Source: an uncultured Desulfobacteraceae bacterium (GTDB lineage Bacteria; Desulfobacterota; Desulfobacteria; Desulfobacterales; UBA5852). Taken from it: DNA of 64,000 bases. The notes under the pieces were generated by a model. That model made no database searches. It was not told the DNA's origin and was given only the letters and a program-made list of their open reading frames with translations. Below, in pieces: positions 61,821 through 64,000 of the stretch; the stretch's first letter is position 1, and every line of letters starts with the position of its first letter. The DNA is taken from assembly GCA_913060875.1 (NCBI GenBank), contig CAJXSL010000007.1:76769-140768 (forward strand), written 5' to 3'. Both the position numbers and the translations under genes were made by a program.

Positions 61821-62599
61821 TATTTGAGCCCTCCTTTGGCCTTCAAGAGTTCGATCAGTTTTTCGATGATCTCGTCGGTATCGCCCTCAAGAATTTCAGC
61901 GCCCTCACCCAGATCGGGCAGGAAGTAATCCGCACGCTTGACCCGGGCGGCTACTGCTGCGGCATCAACACCGAGATCCGCGGCCCCCATCGTGGGGATC
62001 TCCACCGAAGCCACTTTCCGGATACCACGGATGCCGACATAACGCGGCTCATTGATGCCGGTCTGAATCGAAAGCACGCAGGGCATACTGATTTCGTGCA
62101 TTTCCTGGTTGCCGCCCTCGATTTCGCGACCGATTTTCAGCTTGTCGCCATCCACCTCGATGGTATTGACCAGAGACGCAAAGGGGACATCCATCATGGC
62201 CGCCAGCATGCCACCCACCTGAGCAGCACCATCATCGGCCTGGGCCCCGGTCAGAATCAAGTCGTAATTGCCTTTGTCCACCGCCGCCTTCAGAACGGCG
62301 GCAATCCCACGGCCATCTGTTTCCTCAAAAGCATCGTCACTCAGTAGGATGCCTTTGTCAGCCCCCATGGCCATTTCCCGCCGTAAAACTTCCTCGGATT
62401 CATCGTCGCCGACCGAGATGACCGTAACACCGCCGCCCACCTTGTCCACGATCTGGAGCGCTTCTTCAACCGCGTAGTTGTCCCACTCGTTGACCGAGTA
62501 GACCAAATCATCACGGTCAATGTCGTTGCCGGCGCCGTTGAGCTCGATCTCATTTTCGGAAGTGTCCGGCACTCTTTTGACACACACCAAAATTTCCAT
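61820..62599 (-). CDS. etfB: electron transfer flavoprotein subunit beta
   Basis: 259 aa. MEILVCVKRVPDT..., ...DLILTGAQADDGAAQVG... Confidence 0.9.
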   Translation of the reverse strand: MEILVCVKRVPDTSENEIELNGAGNDIDRDDLVYSVNEWDNYAVEEALQIVDKVGGGVTVISVGDDESEEVLRREMAMGADKGILLSDDAFEETDGRGIAAVLKAAVDKGNYDLILTGAQADDGAAQVGGMLAAMMDVPFASLVNTIEVDGDKLKIGREIEGGNQEMHEISMPCVLSIQTGINEPRYVGIRGIRKVASVEIPTMGAADLGVDAAAVAARVKRADYFLPDLGEGAEILEGDTDEIIEKLIELLKAKGGLK

Positions 62600-62683
62600 G
62601 TTTTTCCTCCCGATGTTGTAGATTACCCTATAATAATGATCTCCCGCCGGGGCAAGGCTCCCAGTCGGAAGGGAACACGTGCA

Positions 62684-64000
62684 TTAGGCTGCCAAATGCT
62701 GCACCACGAGTTCACTAAGATCAATGGCCTCCATCCGACCTTCCAGACCGGCCACCTTGATGGCGTCCTCGATATTCACAAGGCAGAAAGGACATGCTGT
62801 AACAATGACGTTGGCTCCGGCCTTCGCCGCCATTTCGACACGCAACACCCCCATGCGCTGTTCTTCCTCGGGCTCATAGAACAGCATCAGACCACCGCCA
62901 CCGCAGCAAAAGGACCGGTCCCGGCTGCGGGACATTTCAACCCGGCTCAAGCCGGGGATGGCATCCAGAACGCGACGCGGGTCTTCGTAAATTTGGTTGT
63001 GCCGTCCCAGATAGCAGGGATCATGATAGGTGTAAACCTTCCCGTCGCCATTCGCGGCTGTCAGCGACAGGCGACCGGCTTCAACTTCCTGGCAGATGAC
63101 CTGGCTGATGTGGTCGACCGGAGGAAGATTGTCATAGTCCTTGCGCAAGGCATTGTAGGCATGGGGGTCGGCGGTTACAATCCGCTTGACGCCGGCCTCA
63201 AGGATGGCGTCTGTATTCTGGGCTTTGAGATCCTGGAACAGCATCTCCTCCCCAAAACGACGGACTTCGTTCCCGCTGTCCTTCTCCAGCTTGCCCAACA
63301 CCCCGAAATCAATCCCCGCCTTTGCAAGAATACGGGCTGTCGCCTGGGCAATGCCCTGCATGCGGTCATCATAGGACGATATGCTGTCGACAAAATAGAG
63401 AACGTCGGCGGACTCCCCTTTTTCGATGAGTTTCACCGGGGCATCTTCGGCGATCTCCTTGACCCAGGCACCGCGTTTTTTCTCCATCTTCCCCCAGGGG
63501 TTGCCGCGTTTTTCAAGGGCCCGAAGCGGTTTCTGCAACGACTGGGGTACATTGCCCTCGTCCACCATTCCCCGGCGGAGGTCGACAATCTTGTCAATGT
63601 ATTCGATACCGAGAGGACATTCCTGTTCGCAGGCCCCGCAGGTGGTACACGACCAGATTTCATCCGGATGATAGATGTCACCGATGAGTTGGTAGTCCTT
63701 GTCTTTTACCACATCCTTGCCCCCCAGGGGGAAGTTGGCAAACATATAATCCCGCCCCTTGATGGAAATAAAGCGTGGTGAAAGGGGCCGTTTGACCGCA
63801 TTGGCCGGGCAGTTGTCGGAGCAGCGGCCGCAGTCGGCACAGGTATAAAAATCCAGCATGTGCTTCCATGTAAAATCCTCAAACTTTTTGACGCCAAAGG
63901 ATTCCAGATCGTCCAACTGTTCGTCAGTCACCCCATGGCGGACCGGCTTGATGTTGCCCCGTTCCAACCGCATAAAAAAGACGTTGAAAAGCGAGGTGAT
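62684..64000 (-). CDS. HdrD/GlpC-like Fe-S oxidoreductase (two 4Fe-4S motifs plus two CCG domains); 5-prime end outside window
   Basis: CADCGRCSDNCP and CTTCGACEQECP, then CCG motifs (SFCCGGGG, ACPFC). The frame stays open from 63973 to base 64000 (ITSLFNVFF...), so the N-terminus, probably membrane-associated, is truncated by the window edge. Confidence 0.8.
   Translation of the reverse strand: MTSLFNVFFMRLERGNIKPVRHGVTDEQLDDLESFGVKKFEDFTWKHMLDFYTCADCGRCSDNCPANAVKRPLSPRFISIKGRDYMFANFPLGGKDVVKDKDYQLIGDIYHPDEIWSCTTCGACEQECPLGIEYIDKIVDLRRGMVDEGNVPQSLQKPLRALEKRGNPWGKMEKKRGAWVKEIAEDAPVKLIEKGESADVLYFVDSISSYDDRMQGIAQATARILAKAGIDFGVLGKLEKDSGNEVRRFGEEMLFQDLKAQNTDAILEAGVKRIVTADPHAYNALRKDYDNLPPVDHISQVICQEVEAGRLSLTAANGDGKVYTYHDPCYLGRHNQIYEDPRRVLDAIPGLSRVEMSRSRDRSFCCGGGGLMLFYEPEEEQRMGVLRVEMAAKAGANVIVTACPFCLVNIEDAIKVAGLEGRMEAIDLSELVVQHLAA

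Noticed and set aside
3859-63781. Other long antisense ORFs (for example 3859..4920, 5929..6789, 23974..25086, 29433..30494, 41575..42549, 42708..43634, 44921..45835, 46480..47646, 59341..60363, 60927..61928, 62636..63781)
   Set aside because: Each lies opposite a gene with clear family motifs. High-GC genomes routinely produce such stop-free antisense frames. None shows an RBS or conserved motifs.
1-64000. Search for CRISPR arrays, tRNA/rRNA genes, transposases, integrases, phage or toxin-antitoxin/defence genes
   Set aside because: I saw no regularly spaced direct repeats, no tRNA T-arm/acceptor patterns, no rRNA-like stretches and no recombinase or nuclease motifs. Only ORF-less MITE-like elements were found.

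Overview
The window is a gene-dense, mostly GC-rich chromosomal segment. From gene content alone I infer an anaerobic Desulfobacterota-type (deltaproteobacterial) host: EtfAB next to an HdrD-like Fe-S protein, sigma-54 activators, DUF3795-like Cys-rich proteins, BcrAD-type activase fusions and selenoproteins. I call about 65 protein genes. I saw no rRNA, tRNA, CRISPR array, transposase, integrase or prophage gene. Findings, strongest first. (1) Two pairs of adjacent minus-strand ORFs in the track are each one gene interrupted by an in-frame TGA at a redox-active Cys position, with a SECIS-like hairpin just downstream. They are a peroxiredoxin-like WUxxC protein (15218-15877) and an AhpD/CMD-like CxxU protein (20555-21142), and both sit in a block of small flavoproteins. 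(2) A 1187-aa molybdopterin oxidoreductase has a roughly 460-aa GltD-like FAD/NAD(P) module inserted inside its N-terminal 4Fe-4S motif, and it overlaps a SCP2-like gene. (3) A translationally coupled minus-strand module carries a good sigma-54 promoter match. It runs small acidic protein, NtrC-type activator, terminator, sigma-54 promoter, Cache-type histidine kinase, three tandem stand-alone receivers, TauE/SafE permease, two-TM protein. This is my best candidate for an undescribed system, but its function is inference only. (4) There are unannotated structured non-coding regions: one downstream of larC and one in the leader of a cNMP-domain gene. (5) Two short MITE-like repeat families sit between candidate promoters or operators and their genes. 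(6) Several operator-like palindromes lie next to TetR and CRP/FNR genes. All product calls rest on motifs read by eye; no database search was possible.
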